From: Fistulifera solaris
Taxonomy: Eukaryota
Assembly: GCA_030295235.1 (NCBI GenBank)
Contig: AP026164.1
Location: 1,116,001-1,180,000 of the forward strand
Reading direction: 5' to 3'
DNA length: 64,000 nucleotides
Shown: piece by piece, positions 48,629-60,598 of the stretch
Layout: each line of letters opens with the position of its first letter
Position numbering within the stretch: the first letter of the stretch is position 1
Position numbers and translations under genes: made by a program
Notes under the pieces: model-generated
The model's input: only the letters and a program-made list of their open reading frames with translations
Database searches by the model: none
What the model was told of the DNA's origin: nothing

Positions 48629-49790
48629 TCACCAAAATTTCCACCATGACCTTCTGGCTTTCATTGTGCTGCCAGAATCTTCTGTTTGAGAAGAAGGGCT
48701 GAGTACCTCATCCTCCTGCACCTTCTCAACATCCATTTCCCCGCTAATTGGTGTTGTCGCGTGCTTCTGAGGATCCACTTCATCATTTCTTGACTCGATT
48801 GCTGAAGACGTCCCGTCTCGAAGCAGAGAAGAGACGGTGCTTTTAATCGCCTGGACCCACTCCGAAACCTGTAAAGCATCGAGTACACTTCTATCAGTTT
48901 GTAGCGCTTCAGACTCCTTTCGTTCTTCTTTCCATTTCGATCTGACATCAGCCATAGCTCTACTTCGGATACCACTTTGTTTAGAATCTGCACCGTCCTG
49001 TATTGCCGTGTCGATCCCAAGCCGGCGTTCTAATTGTTGAATGCGACGAAGCAGAGTCTCGATAGAAACTTCATCTGAATCTTGTTTTCTTGCAGTCGTG
49101 ATTAGCGGTGGAGTTATGTCAGCTGCAATGTTCTCTTGTTCATTACTAGTTTCCGCTTTATCTTCAGGAGATGTTTTTCCTAAAACCAGGTTACAAACGA
49201 CGGTCAAGGGTGACCAAGATGAATCATCCTTCGCTCGACGTTCCTCATTATTAACATTCTCATTCGATACCAACTGCTTCTCCTGTCGTTCTCTTTGTTG
49301 CTTCCGGTACTTTTCTACAAGAGGTTTTCCTCGCAATTCACAGAATGCGGCAATCAACACCGCGGGAAGTAACGCAAAGGTGATGTTCCAAGCCCACCAT
49401 CGCGCATCCATCACGACATCTAACCGATTGGGCCGTTTGTGTTGCAATGATAAATAATCTGGATTCCAGTTTTGATATATTTTGTTTCGAAAAAAAGACA
49501 AGCGACTTTGTGCTAATTCGAGCAACTGATTTGCTTTTTTTCCGTGACAACGCGTCCGACGGCAGCTGATTTCTTTCCATCAGCACACGCATGCGGTCTC
49601 TTGTTGTTTTGTTCGAATCGGAATGCTTCGTTAACCTCGACTTCTTCCGACTTTTCGCTTTCATAGTCGATGAAGTAGAAAATGTGGGCGTATTGGCGAC
49701 AAGTATGCCAGTCAATCGAGGAATGCCAGCTCGACTCTCTCGAAGGAGTGAGACAATGCTTCGCTTTGTGAGTGAACTTAATCGCTGCAT
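48629..49790 (-). CDS. Hypothetical single-TM protein, possibly mitochondrial
   Basis: R/S/L-rich N-terminus (MQRLSSLTKRS..), TM WWAWNITFALLPAVLIAAFC and coiled coil; split by frameshifts ~49490-49540. Confidence 0.5.
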
Positions 49791-50452
49791 ATTTCTGCCG
49801 CGGAAATGCAATAGGCTCGTCGGCCAATCATTTATGCATCATATACTTGGACTTGATTATTCAAGTGATTATACAACAGCAGCGTAACGGTGGTGAACAC
49901 ACCATCATCGCATCATCGTATCACTTTGCATCGATGCTTATCGTGACTAAAATATCCAGTCGTGATAAAATGTCGCCTTAACCCTTTGGGTCCAAACGCA
50001 TATCAACGACCCGCAAACAATTTCGACATAGAGAGCAGAAGCGTGCAATGGAAATGATGCTGGTGGTAAATACATTGCAACACTCACAATTCTTGCTAAC
50101 CACGTTATGGGCGATCAAACTTTGTTACTCAGTAAGATAGGGCATCATGACTGAAATGCAGTCGTGGCGAAAAACTGACGACACTAAGGACTCATAGTAA
50201 ATTCAGACGACAAAGATCCGAGGATCGAGGCGTGCTTTGCACAGTGCAAATTATGGTGCTGATGGTAAGTGCGTTGCGATGGAGCGACAAATGCTGCATA
50301 CCAAGCCAGCAGAGCTGATTCATATCTGTTTTTGCTCTTCGAGACTCAATAAACAATGTCGATTTTTGCCCGGATCGTTTGCATTTACATTCAAAAATCG
50401 ACTATAGTCCAGAGTGATGTCCGTATTTCTCTGACTGGATTTCCAGTCATTC

Positions 50453-52485
50453 ATGAGTGTTAACATCAACAAACGTGATGACGGCGATCGCATTGTTGTA
50501 TTTCCATAACGTAGTAGACACAATATTCCCTCGTACGCCACAACTTCTGCGTAATAAACGCATAGTTACGTTGATTCTTTCTCGAAAATAGCGTACGGTC
50601 ACCCATGAGGCGCGCTAGAAGAGAAAGTACGATCGACCTTCCCTCGTTCGCCAAACTTGTGAAACCCCGACGGCGCAATCGATTGCAGGTCCCTCTGTCC
50701 CTTCCAGAACACGAGCAATACTTGAGGACCCGTTCCTTTCATTTTTTTAATCGACAACTTGATCTCGTGTGGCAGGAAACGTTGGAAGAAGCATCCGAAC
50801 CATTTCATGAAGCTCTTGATCGTATACTTCAAAAGAGACTGCACCGGCGGAGACGACGACAAGACAATCTACAGGCGAATCGGATACTTTCAATTGCGGA
50901 TCGGAGAAAAAGATCAACATCAATTCGTTCATGTTCGAGCCTTCGAATCATACTCTCTCCAGGCAGCTTTTGCCCGTTCTGGCAATCCATGGTCCTCCTT
51001 ACCTTCTCGATCGTAAAGACTGGATGCATCATTTGGTGCAAGCCAACAAAACCAGACGCCCGACTTGTTGTACGGTTTGGCTTCGATCGAGCTTTGCTGT
51101 AAACACCTCCTTGCAAGAAGAACTACGGAGTCAATGCTTCGATCAAGAACCAGATTTGCCTGCGTCGTTACAGAATGTGGATCGAAAACCAATCACAGAG
51201 ACATTGGTAGAGTGGGCGCGAGAAACTTGCCGTTTCCATGAAATTGTCGTCTTTTTAGACATGGATCTAAACTTCTCAGATGCCGAATTGCAAGACTTCA
51301 TCCTTTGGATGACCGAACGACGGTCGATTGAAGGTTTACCGTTGAACCTCGTTCTTCTTGTTCCTCATGGCATTGGACGCTGCCTCGATATCCAATCGAC
51401 GTCCCAAGGCAATGGTATTCGAATGAATCATATTCGTCTACCATCTTCAGAGGACATGATGGAAAAATTTTGTGCGAAACTTTACCTCCGCCACGATTTT
51501 CCCATTCTGTTTCCTGCAGAGACGGTACAGAGTCTGGAGGAATCATTTCAGCATAACAACAAGTCACCGATTGATATTATGCAAAAATTGAAGAGTATAC
51601 TCGCGCATATATTCTGCCAGCGTTGGTCTTTTTCTTCTAGGCAGCGCTCCGGATGAAAGAGCCCGAGTTCGCTGGTTTCTGAATAGTACTGCAGGCAGAG
51701 CGCTGGCGCCTGCTGAAATATCGAGTGATAGAGTATTGCTTCATCAGTGGCTGAACGATCTCATCATACACCGACGAGTGGGTTGCATTGCTATGCGGTT
51801 GAATGCGGTTTTAAGGCAGAACGAGAATAAGCAGGCGACGCCGCTGCTGTTTATACCAGGACGAAAATATAGTGACGAACCAGCAACAGCCTTTTCCGAG
51901 GAAGAAAAGCGACGAGCATTTCACTTCCTCGTCGAACAACGAAATCGTTTAAGGTCTCCCTCGACCGATAGTCCCACTAAGGATACTGCTTCGTTGCAAG
52001 AAGTCGATGCATTGAACGAGCTCATCATTCTATGCGCAGCCTCCATCTCTCAAACAGACATGTTACGAAGTTTAGCCGAGGTCCAGCGTGCATGGAGTGA
52101 TCATGTATCTGCGTTTGTTTCGTTTGAACAGTTGTCGACATCGACACGTACACAGCCTCGACGCCAGTCTCTTCGTGGATTTATGCAGAGTTTGAACACC
52201 ATAAGCGACTCCAACCTGGTGACTATCGCTGCACAAATGTTCGAGTTATTTGATAATCGTGTCTCAATGTCGCGAAACGACTGGTTCGTGCTGTTTCGTA
52301 ATGCTGTCGCAATTGATGCTTCTCAACAAAAGGCACTTGAATGGTTCGCCTACGGATTCTTTCAACTGAAGTTATGCGGTTTGCTAAAATCACGCAATCT
52401 GAATCAGAAATCTGAGGTTCGCTACGAAAAAGCTATGGTCATATGGTGCTATCTAGGAAAGTCAATGTTCAACAATAGAAAATAA
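50453..52485 (+). CDS. ORC3: Origin recognition complex subunit 3-like protein
   Basis: IVVFLD...LQDFILWM...LPLNLVL, ESF...S..DIMQKLKSILAHIF and C-terminal WF..F...F..GFFQLKLCGLLK resemble ORC3. Probable intron ~50533-50590, several frameshifts and an in-frame TAA at 50507 in putative exon 1. Confidence 0.5.
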
Positions 52486-52616
52486 TAAAACTACGGACAC
52501 TTTCTCATGCCGAGCAATAAACGAAAGTAATGTTTTACTTCTTACGATAGACTTTCCAAAAGTCAATGGCAAGGAACTCAAACGGTACCTTCTTCGTTAT
52601 AAAACTAATTACAATG

Positions 52617-54377
52617 TCAATCCCCCGCGGGAACTTGCGCCACCGATAGCGGAACCATTGCCTGCTCAGCTATAAAGGATGATTTAAAGCCTCAAGCGGC
52701 GTTATTCTTTCGCTCGGCTCGTAGGCTAGCATTTTGTGAACAAGATCAACAAAAAGCGCATAGTTTTGTGGCGAATTCAAAGTTTCGACAGGAGGAAATT
52801 TCTTCTTTTGGCGGGGGCCCGACTGCACAACTTCACTGAGGGAGGCAACTGGATCTAAACTTGGCACGATCAAGGCTTTTGGCGGATCATCTTCTTTTTG
52901 TTGCGATGAAGCCGACGTCGACTCCTTCGTTGTTGACCGCTTCGTTTGCCTCAGCTTCCAAATAGATTTTCCGGAAGGTGAGTTCTCCAAATCGAAAAAT
53001 TGCTGTCTGTTTTGGTCGTTCGCTCGATTGAGCATAGCTGAAGGAACCATTCCAAGAGTCTTCACAATCTTTTGCATCTGGTCGAATTGATCGGAGCCAG
53101 AAAACAAAGGCTCACCGGTGTGCATCTCAACAAGAATACACCCCAAACTCCACATATCAATAGCAACACTATAAGGCAAGCCGAGCATCACTTCGGGTGA
53201 TCGATAGAAGCGGCTTTGGATGTACGAGTACATCCGTTTGTTGGACCTGCAAGAGGAGCCAAAGTCAATCACCTTCACGCCACTTTTCTTTGGATGACGC
53301 AGAAGAATGTTTTCAGGCTTTAGGTCGCAGTGAATTACGTCGACGTCTTTTCTCGCCAAGAAAGACAAGGCTTTAAGCACTTGCTTGGCAAATTTCCGAA
53401 TCAAATTTAGCGAAACACCTCCAAATTGGGTGTTTTTGAGTAATTCATACAAGTTCAACGATAACATTTCAAACACAAGACACTGGTGGTTACGGTACAT
53501 AAAATGGGTCAACAAGCGCACTGAAAAGAAGAGCAAGAACGTAAGCAAGATGGTTGGCGTGGTAGCAGTTTTCTGTCATATTACGTACCAATATTGTGTT
53601 CATCGTCGCTATCTTTTCCGAAAGATGGGTGAGAAGCTCTATCTCTGTTTTGGCCTGCATAAGAAACGGCTTTTTGGATTTGATGATCTTGATTGCGACC
53701 TCCTGTTTCGTCTCAATGTCCTCCGCGCGGACGACTTGACCAAAAGAGCCCTTCCCTATCCTTTCTTTGATTTTGTATCTCCCATGAAACATCTCCCCTG
53801 GGGTTACAATGTAGTCGTAATGTTCATCATCCCAACCATTGTTATAAGTTCCTTGAGACTTTCCTTTCTCTTTCGAACGGGCAGCTCGCCGTGCATCACG
53901 CTCTTCATAGTATACAGTGTTTATTCGTTTATAGGTATCAATAAGCGACACGGAAAGTTTTACAAGGGGCCGATCGGAGGGTAATCGTCCAATATTCGGC
54001 TGTATGAATGGATGCGGCGGATAAGCAATTTGCTGCAACGGTGGTCCAGCTGGTGGCGGTTGTTGCTGATAGTACATTGGTGGAGGAGGGTAGGGTTGCT
54101 GTGCATTGAAGTGGGGATAAACTCCCGTTTGATAAATAGATTGCGGTTGACTCTGCTGCGGATAGGGCGGTATATTCATCACGTCTTGAGCCATGACATT
54201 GTTTTGACTTGGTAACGCCTGCTGATACGGATTTTGATGTGGAATGTAAGCTGCTTGTTGATTAAATTCCGCCTGAGGCCATTGCTGTTGACGTGATGTT
54301 CTTGCCTGAGCAGATGGATGTTGATGCTGCTGAGGAACCGCGGGTAATTTTTTGTCCTTATCTTCGGAATGATCCAT
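52617..54377 (-). CDS. DYRK1: Dual-specificity tyrosine-regulated kinase, DYRK1 class
   Basis: KLSVSLIDTYKRINTVYY, DH box NNGWDDEHYDYIV, IGKGSFGQV, HCDLKPEN, DFGSSC and YSYIQSRFYRSPEV; Q/P-rich N-terminus; intron ~53522-53588; frameshifts ~53614 and near the 3' end. Confidence 0.92.
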
Positions 54378-56037
54378 GACGAAGAAATTTTCAACAGGGG
54401 GCACCGATTGCTTCTCTGTTGTGCGATTTCAGGGACTAGAGATTGAAGAAAGAAACTGAATTATCGCTCCTCTCTCGCATTAAATCGTTTGATTCTTGAA
54501 AATATTTCAACCAAGTCGACAATTGTATCCTCGCTTAGACTGTCAGCAGCGAAAAATGATAATCCTCTCAAAACTGCCGATCGTCACAATATCGACGATA
54601 TTCCACGCGTTTTTAGTCCCCACGTCTCGCAGCTTTATCGCAAGATTGCAACCACAGAAAGAATCTAGCAAAGCCTCGGTTATACAAGTTTTCTCCGCGA
54701 AAATGACTCTTTCCTGAGTTAACGTTGGTTTTTGAAAGGATGTATTTCAAGGAAAAAAGGTACGCATTATTGACGAGGAACTGTGATGGCTCGATTGATT
54801 GACACGATACACGCGAAGACGACAAGAACAAAACCTGCGGGGCGCGGGCCCGCAAACATCGCACTCTCGAATAGAGTACAGTCACGAGACGCTCGCCAAT
54901 CCCCACACGCGGAGGGAATTTTATGGGTACATAGCAGGATGGAAATTTTGATCTTAAAGGGGTTCAAAGTCGGCCCACACAAAACTTCCGATTAAACGTC
55001 TACACAATCGCCAAATGACGTTTCGTATTTAAGTATCGAGATTATCAACGACACGGAGAAAACACTGCATAAGTGTAAACTCGAACTGGTTTTAAAGGTA
55101 TGTTTCCAATTAAGGGAAAGAACGCTCTTCAAGAATAGTTAGAGGATAAGATGTCCGTTGAGATTTCCAATCCGCAAATTTCCGCCCACCACCACTACGC
55201 ACGAGGAACACCTAACACGACTGACATGTTTCACAAAAGTTATGCATCGTTCCATCGTTCATTGGAGCCTTTTAAACACATTCATCAAAGCTTTTTTCCT
55301 AGGAGATATAATTTTGTCAAAAAGTGCTGGATTATTTTTTGCGGCGTACATGCAACTAGAAAATTACGTTAGCCGCATTTTTTCTAGTATGCAATCTCTA
55401 TAGCAAAAGCAAATAGTCGCTCTCTTAATAAGGTTGGGCGGACTCTAACCTGCGACTTGATCAGAAGCTCGAAGTTACTGGTGTGTTAAACAGCAAAGGT
55501 AGGTAATCCGAGTCGACATAGAGCTTGTATTTTATTCTGTGTATCTATCGAGTCAAACTTAAGGATTTTAAACGAAACTCGTTATTCGTCAACCAGCTAC
55601 GCGCGCGCACAGAGAATGAGCGGTGTCAAAAACTAAATTCAACGCCGCAGTTCACGACAAAACTGAACATTTTCTCGGAGTTTTTGATATTTGTCGTCAT
55701 TTATCACCGAAACGATTAGCCAATTTACCAGGAGCTGCTTTCTCCGTCGCGCATTCTGAGATCCATTATCTTTCGTGGATGGGACAACATATAGCAACTT
55801 CCCCAATTACTTTTCATGGTAATCAGTCCTACGAGCAAATGAAATGGACATGGGGCAGCATCATGTCAAACAAAAAGACATTCCTCATTCCGCAGCCCAT
55901 TACCAGTACGACGCCTGAAGATCATGAAACGTTTTCGCGTGTTTTATCCCGCGCAGCGTTTTCGACGTTAGCTTTTTACGCAACATAAAACCAATTGCAA
56001 TTGATCGCGATTGTTGCTGTTATTGCCTTGCCTAATT

Positions 56038-57015
56038 ATGAACGATGAAACCATGGAGATCGTGAAAGCCGGAGAATATGACGTGCTTCTCGGTAGAGGA
56101 AAACAGATAAGTGAATGGCCAGGCAATGTTCATTTTCGACAAGTTGTCAACAAGTTTAGAGTCGAATACGTAACAGCAAGCAGAGATTCGAAAGTCAGCA
56201 TTGCGAAAGGAGTCATTGCACTTATCCACAAAGACGGCGGTCGATTTCTTCAAGAAACTGAGCCGGGAAGTGGCGATTACTATAGTATTTCTAAAGCGCG
56301 AGCTGTAGAAAAATGCTGCCAGGCTCTACGAGAAAAGCAGATATTGAATCCACCGAAAGGATACCCCCTTTCAAAGTTAACAAAGAAACAAGAAAATTCA
56401 GGAAAAGGCGGAAATAATCCATCGAAGAAGATAAAAGCCTCCCCGGTCAATGCCGGAGTGAAAAAGTCCAAGAAAACTTCTCCAGTGACTCTAAAATTGC
56501 CCGTTAAGAAACCAAAGCGGAAGTATGCTCGTAAAACTTCTTCTGCGGTTTTATCTGAAGGCAGCAAAAAATCTCCAGATAGCAAGGAAGACATGGACCA
56601 GAGTCGAATAAGTCATGTACGATCATTTTTACCCGAGAAAGCTGACGCCACAGTAAAAGTCTCAGAAAACAACCAAAACACGAAGAAAGACCCGTGTATT
56701 CCACTACACAAGGAGATTTTGTCACTGATGGAATCACCAATGGATCGCTTGAAAAAACTCACTGCAAAGGAAATGTTGAATCGACTAGATATCTTTATTC
56801 AAGAGTTTCGTCACGCCGCCGTGCCACCTGGATGGCCTCGCGACCCCGATCTAGCTGATTGGTGCACGATTCGACGTCAATACCTTCGTTTGGCGAAGAC
56901 AGGGTATGCAGAACTTAATTCCGAAGAAGCCGAACTACTGAACAGGCTGAGCTCGCTGAACTTTGTGTGGGACTATGATGAATGGTTGAAGAGTCAAAGA
57001 GCGCGTACACGATAG
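56038..57015 (+). CDS. DUF6824-type domain protein with C-terminal helicase-associated (HA)-like domain
   Basis: YDVLLGRG....WPGNVHFR...GGRFL...A.EKCCQALRE; F..EFRHAAVP......LADWC..RRQY...LSSLNFVWD. Confidence 0.75.
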   Translation: MNDETMEIVKAGEYDVLLGRGKQISEWPGNVHFRQVVNKFRVEYVTASRDSKVSIAKGVIALIHKDGGRFLQETEPGSGDYYSISKARAVEKCCQALREKQILNPPKGYPLSKLTKKQENSGKGGNNPSKKIKASPVNAGVKKSKKTSPVTLKLPVKKPKRKYARKTSSAVLSEGSKKSPDSKEDMDQSRISHVRSFLPEKADATVKVSENNQNTKKDPCIPLHKEILSLMESPMDRLKKLTAKEMLNRLDIFIQEFRHAAVPPGWPRDPDLADWCTIRRQYLRLAKTGYAELNSEEAELLNRLSSLNFVWDYDEWLKSQRARTR

Positions 57016-57281
57016 TGTTCTGAGATGCACAAACCAATCATGTAGGACAGGAAGAGACTGTCAGGCTGGACACTTTTACGAAATAAATATTAAGTTCATT
57101 TATTTATATAAATATTGCTTTTAAAGAGACCTTCGGATATCTTTGATTGCTTTGTGATTCAACGCTGAAATTCTTTTTTCCAGCATTACCGATGCGGCGA
57201 TAATGCCCACATACTCAACTTTAACAACCCAAAGCCACTATCTATTGGTGTACTATCGACTTTTACAGGTTGCCTTTCTTT

Positions 57282-57908
57282 TCAAGTAGGGCCCCTTGCC
57301 ATAAGAGATATTCCGGCCTCCTCGTCGGCGTCATCGACAGCACTAACAATATCACAATTCGGCGGAAATCTTCCGTCTCGTATCAAAGATGCCACTAACG
57401 TTTCCGATCCTACTGCTGTCGTGACTGCTATAGCACTACCCAGAACAACTCGGCCTCCCCAGAACAGTTGCGTCGGCTGCACAAAATCACCCCTGCGTTT
57501 CGCGCTGCGAGGTTTCTCTTCACCTGTAACCGACCGATGATCCACTAACAGTTCCGATGTTCCTTCTTCTAGAGTCAGCACAACGCAATCTGCAGGAATT
57601 ACATCCCCTTCTTCCAAACGAATGATATCACCAATCACCAAGGATGCAGCATCGTATCGAACCCATTTTCCGTTCCTTTTGAGTTCAGCGTCGTCCGGTT
57701 TGATGCGCACGAAGGCTTGCATACTCGGAACGTGGTTGATACACGGTAATAAACAGCACACCCATGACGGGCAATTGATAGGCGGATCAACCGTGTTGAA
57801 ATAGCCCTGTTTCTCACGCCGGGCTGCGGCTTCGTCCGTCGTAAGCCCTTTTTCAACATCCGCCTTTACATTGGCGACAAGATCTTGCTGAGCCTGTGAA
57901 AGCTGCAT
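57282..57908 (-). CDS. Stand-alone P-type ATPase N-terminal plus actuator-domain protein
   Basis: GLTTDEAAARR..G.N, RNGKW...A..LVIGDIIRLEEGDVIPADC, VDHRSVTGE and AVTTAVGSET; no TM, DKTGT or nucleotide-binding domain. Confidence 0.75.
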   Translation of the reverse strand: MQLSQAQQDLVANVKADVEKGLTTDEAAARREKQGYFNTVDPPINCPSWVCCLLPCINHVPSMQAFVRIKPDDAELKRNGKWVRYDAASLVIGDIIRLEEGDVIPADCVVLTLEEGTSELLVDHRSVTGEEKPRSAKRRGDFVQPTQLFWGGRVVLGSAIAVTTAVGSETLVASLIRDGRFPPNCDIVSAVDDADEEAGISLMARGPT

Positions 57909-58237
57909 TGCTGTTGTTAATCAGAGGAAAGATAGATGCCATGAACAAGGGAAGTAAGGCTATCTTACTGCGATACGCAGCACACGCTTTTCTTTTCTAA
58001 TACATCCTCTAGTAGAAACCAGCAATAGACTCATGACTGAAATACACAAGGGAGACACGGGGAACGCACCCCTCTTGGTACATTTCTCTACGGGGGCCTA
58101 CGCGAAAGTACACAATTTCCCGCACCGTCCAGTCGTTGTTCGTTGTAGTGTTGATACTACACTATAGTCTATAATGCAAACGGAAAACATCGACCTTGAA
58201 AAAGTGGCGTGCATTGCAAATGATGCTGAAGTTAACC

Positions 58238-58782
58238 GTTTTGGGATAAAGCAAACCATTTTCGATGTCCGAGTTACTGATACCGACGCACCGTCATACA
58301 GAAACCGTGACCCGATTAAGGTTCTGGCTTCTCAAGAGCGTGAAAAGCGTAGCATGTACGGACCCCCTTGCCACGAACGCAGACGAGACTTCACTCCCCT
58401 GGTCTTTTCCATTGACGGAATGATGGGACAACAGGCTATTTCAGCATCGAGACAGCTTGCAAGAAAACTTCAGCGGAAGTGGAACAAGCCATACTCCGAG
58501 ATCTGTGGCTTCATCCGGGCGCGCATGAGTCTTTCCCTGGTCAGGTCAGTTAGTATGCTTCTGCGAAATCCAAGAGAAGGAATGCCAAAACGGAATCCCC
58601 CTCATTGGGAAACGGGCTCGGGACTGGCCCTCTACTAGCGCACTAAGGCTAGGGAGTTAGAACCAAAGCTTACTCATTGAAGTGTCAGACTGAAATATAT
58701 GTGAATGAAAAGTGGAAAATTCAGTCGAATGTCAAGATTAGATTCTGACGATTAAAAAATTAGGAATAAAATATATATGTGT
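58238..58782 (+). mobile_element. 5'-truncated non-LTR retrotransposon remnant (CRE-like clade, C-terminal restriction-like endonuclease)
   Basis: IFDVRVTDTDAPSY...EREKR..Y...C..RRRDFTPLVFSIDG...KW..PYS..CGFIRARMSLSLVR; flanked by direct repeat GTTAACC (58231-58237 and 58783-58789); AT/GT simple-repeat 3' end. Confidence 0.72.
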
Positions 58783-59252
58783 GTTAACCATAAGACGAAG
58801 AGTTTGAATTATGTCTCAACACCTAAGAGCATTCACTATAAGTAGAAAGAAGAACTCGTGAATGAAGTACTTACCCCACCGGTACTCAAAATGCCGTCAC
58901 TATATTCGGATTTGGCAGATAGGGGTGGTAAGAACTTTTTGCTTTTTGGAAATTGGCAGCAAGACTCGCGCCCACCTCCCAAAAAAATAGAGTTGTTGCC
59001 CGCTTTCGGATTTAGGAAACAAACGCCCGACTCACTTGCTCTACGCAATTTCTACGTCGTTTTTGTACTGATTCAGTTTCCCTCCAACGTTTGAAAATCA
59101 AAACTATCAAAACTCTCCGTTGAAAGAATTTCACCTCGTAAACATTGTGCTTCCCTCCTTCCGAGTTTCCTAAACACATCTGTTTGAAATACTTTTCTCG
59201 TTTGTGATGTTTTACTATTCTTATTTCTCGTGACTTCTGTTGCCTTCTCGAA

Positions 59253-59676
59253 TTGTTTGGATATTCTCGAACAGTTGCCTCAGTTCGCCCCAAAGTACAG
59301 AGTGATATTGATCATTCGTTGGTAAATGGAAGGGCTTATTCGTCGGTTAAAACTCTTCGCCCTATGGGATCAAAGGTTGCTAAGCGAGAAAAGGAGGAAA
59401 GCATGAAAGCCGAGGCAATGGCAGCAAAGAAGCTCAAAGTTCTTGAGAGTCTTGCTGATTCTGGTCGTATTCTTGCCTTTGCATTTCAGAGCGAGACATT
59501 TACCAACCTGGCTGCTGTTTTCGAGCAACGCGGTGAGAAAAAGCCAGGCTCAGGCTTTTCTTAAGAAGGCTGTCGCTCTTGCAAATGGAGTTCCTGGTAC
59601 CGACATGTCTGTTCCCTTGGTGTCGTCCGACAACGAGAATTCTCCTAATGCGACCGAGAAAGACCACGGGCGGTGA
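59253..59676 (+). pseudogene. Harbinger ORF1 (Myb/NAM-associated) remnant
   Basis: RPMGSKVAKREK resembles the NAM-associated C-terminal RP.G.K.AK motif; broken by frameshifts; lies within the TIRs. Confidence 0.5.
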
Positions 59677-59933
59677 CGGAAAAGAGAATGATCCTTCACT
59701 TGCAGTCCCACAGAACATTGAGATTCGCCGCTCCTGCGAGAAATCCATTACCTGCGATGAATCCGACTTCGATCTTCTCAAGTCGTAGGACGCACCAACG
59801 ACAACAACAACAAAAACGACAACAACGACACCGACAAGAGTAATGAGTGAAGAGGCTCCAGCATTAGGTCGCATACACTTAGATTTTAGGATAAATTTAG
59901 TAGGTTTTAATTATTAATATTTCATGTTATCAT

Positions 59934-60598
59934 CTACTTTTTGAACTTTGACATAATTGCTCTGTATAGGCGCATATGCTCTTCAAGATTTACCAACTCA
60001 TGCCATCTCCCACTAATTGCTGGTAGAGAAGCTTCAGATTCTAAACCTACGACGGGATCTTCTGCTGCATTCAATTGCGCATCTTGCACCAATTGCATCC
60101 AGGTTATGAAGCTCAATTGGTTTTTTAATGAATTGAAAGCTGCGCTGAAGAACACCGAACGCCGCTCAATGTCTTTACGCCTTCCTGTCAAGAGGTGTAT
60201 CGTTTTTCTAAATCGTTTGTCGGTTCCTTTATGCCTTTCACGTAAACGACTCCAGAATTCATAAAGTCTTCCATTATGCGTTGGAATCGGGCCGGGAGAA
60301 ATGCGGAACATGTTATAAAACTGTTTGTCGTTGAACCTTGGCTGGGGACCAAAGTAATCAGTAAGGATGCGCTGCAAAGCAGCAGCGTGATTGTAAGAGT
60401 TGGCGCTTGGGCCTTGGGTGTTTCTTGTGACGATGCTTGCGGGCGACAGGGTCGGTTTCGGGCAAAGTGTCCTCCATTTCATCGGATAAAATTTTTGACG
60501 ATGCTTCCAGAAAATAGTGCAGCAGCAGCAGCCTTTTGCCGCTGCTTGCTGCGAGTGATGCGCTGCAGTATTTCAGCTTCGGCAGCTGAAGCCTCCAT
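59934..60598 (-). pseudogene. PIF/Harbinger transposase remnant lacking most of the DDE core
   Basis: N-terminal DYFGPQPRFNDKQFYNMFRIS, fragment RKDIER..F and C-terminal RWHELVNLEEHMRLYRAIM; stops and frameshifts. Confidence 0.7.

Noticed and set aside
50147..50200. ATG at 50147 as start of the ORC3-like gene
   Set aside because: The frame closes quickly, and the ATG lies inside the dispersed 23-bp dyad motif.
53385..53984. 199-aa ORF antisense to DYRK1
   Set aside because: Non-ATG start; lies opposite conserved kinase exons and an intron.
55623..55988. 121-aa intergenic ORF
   Set aside because: GTG start and no motif, so unsupported in a eukaryote.
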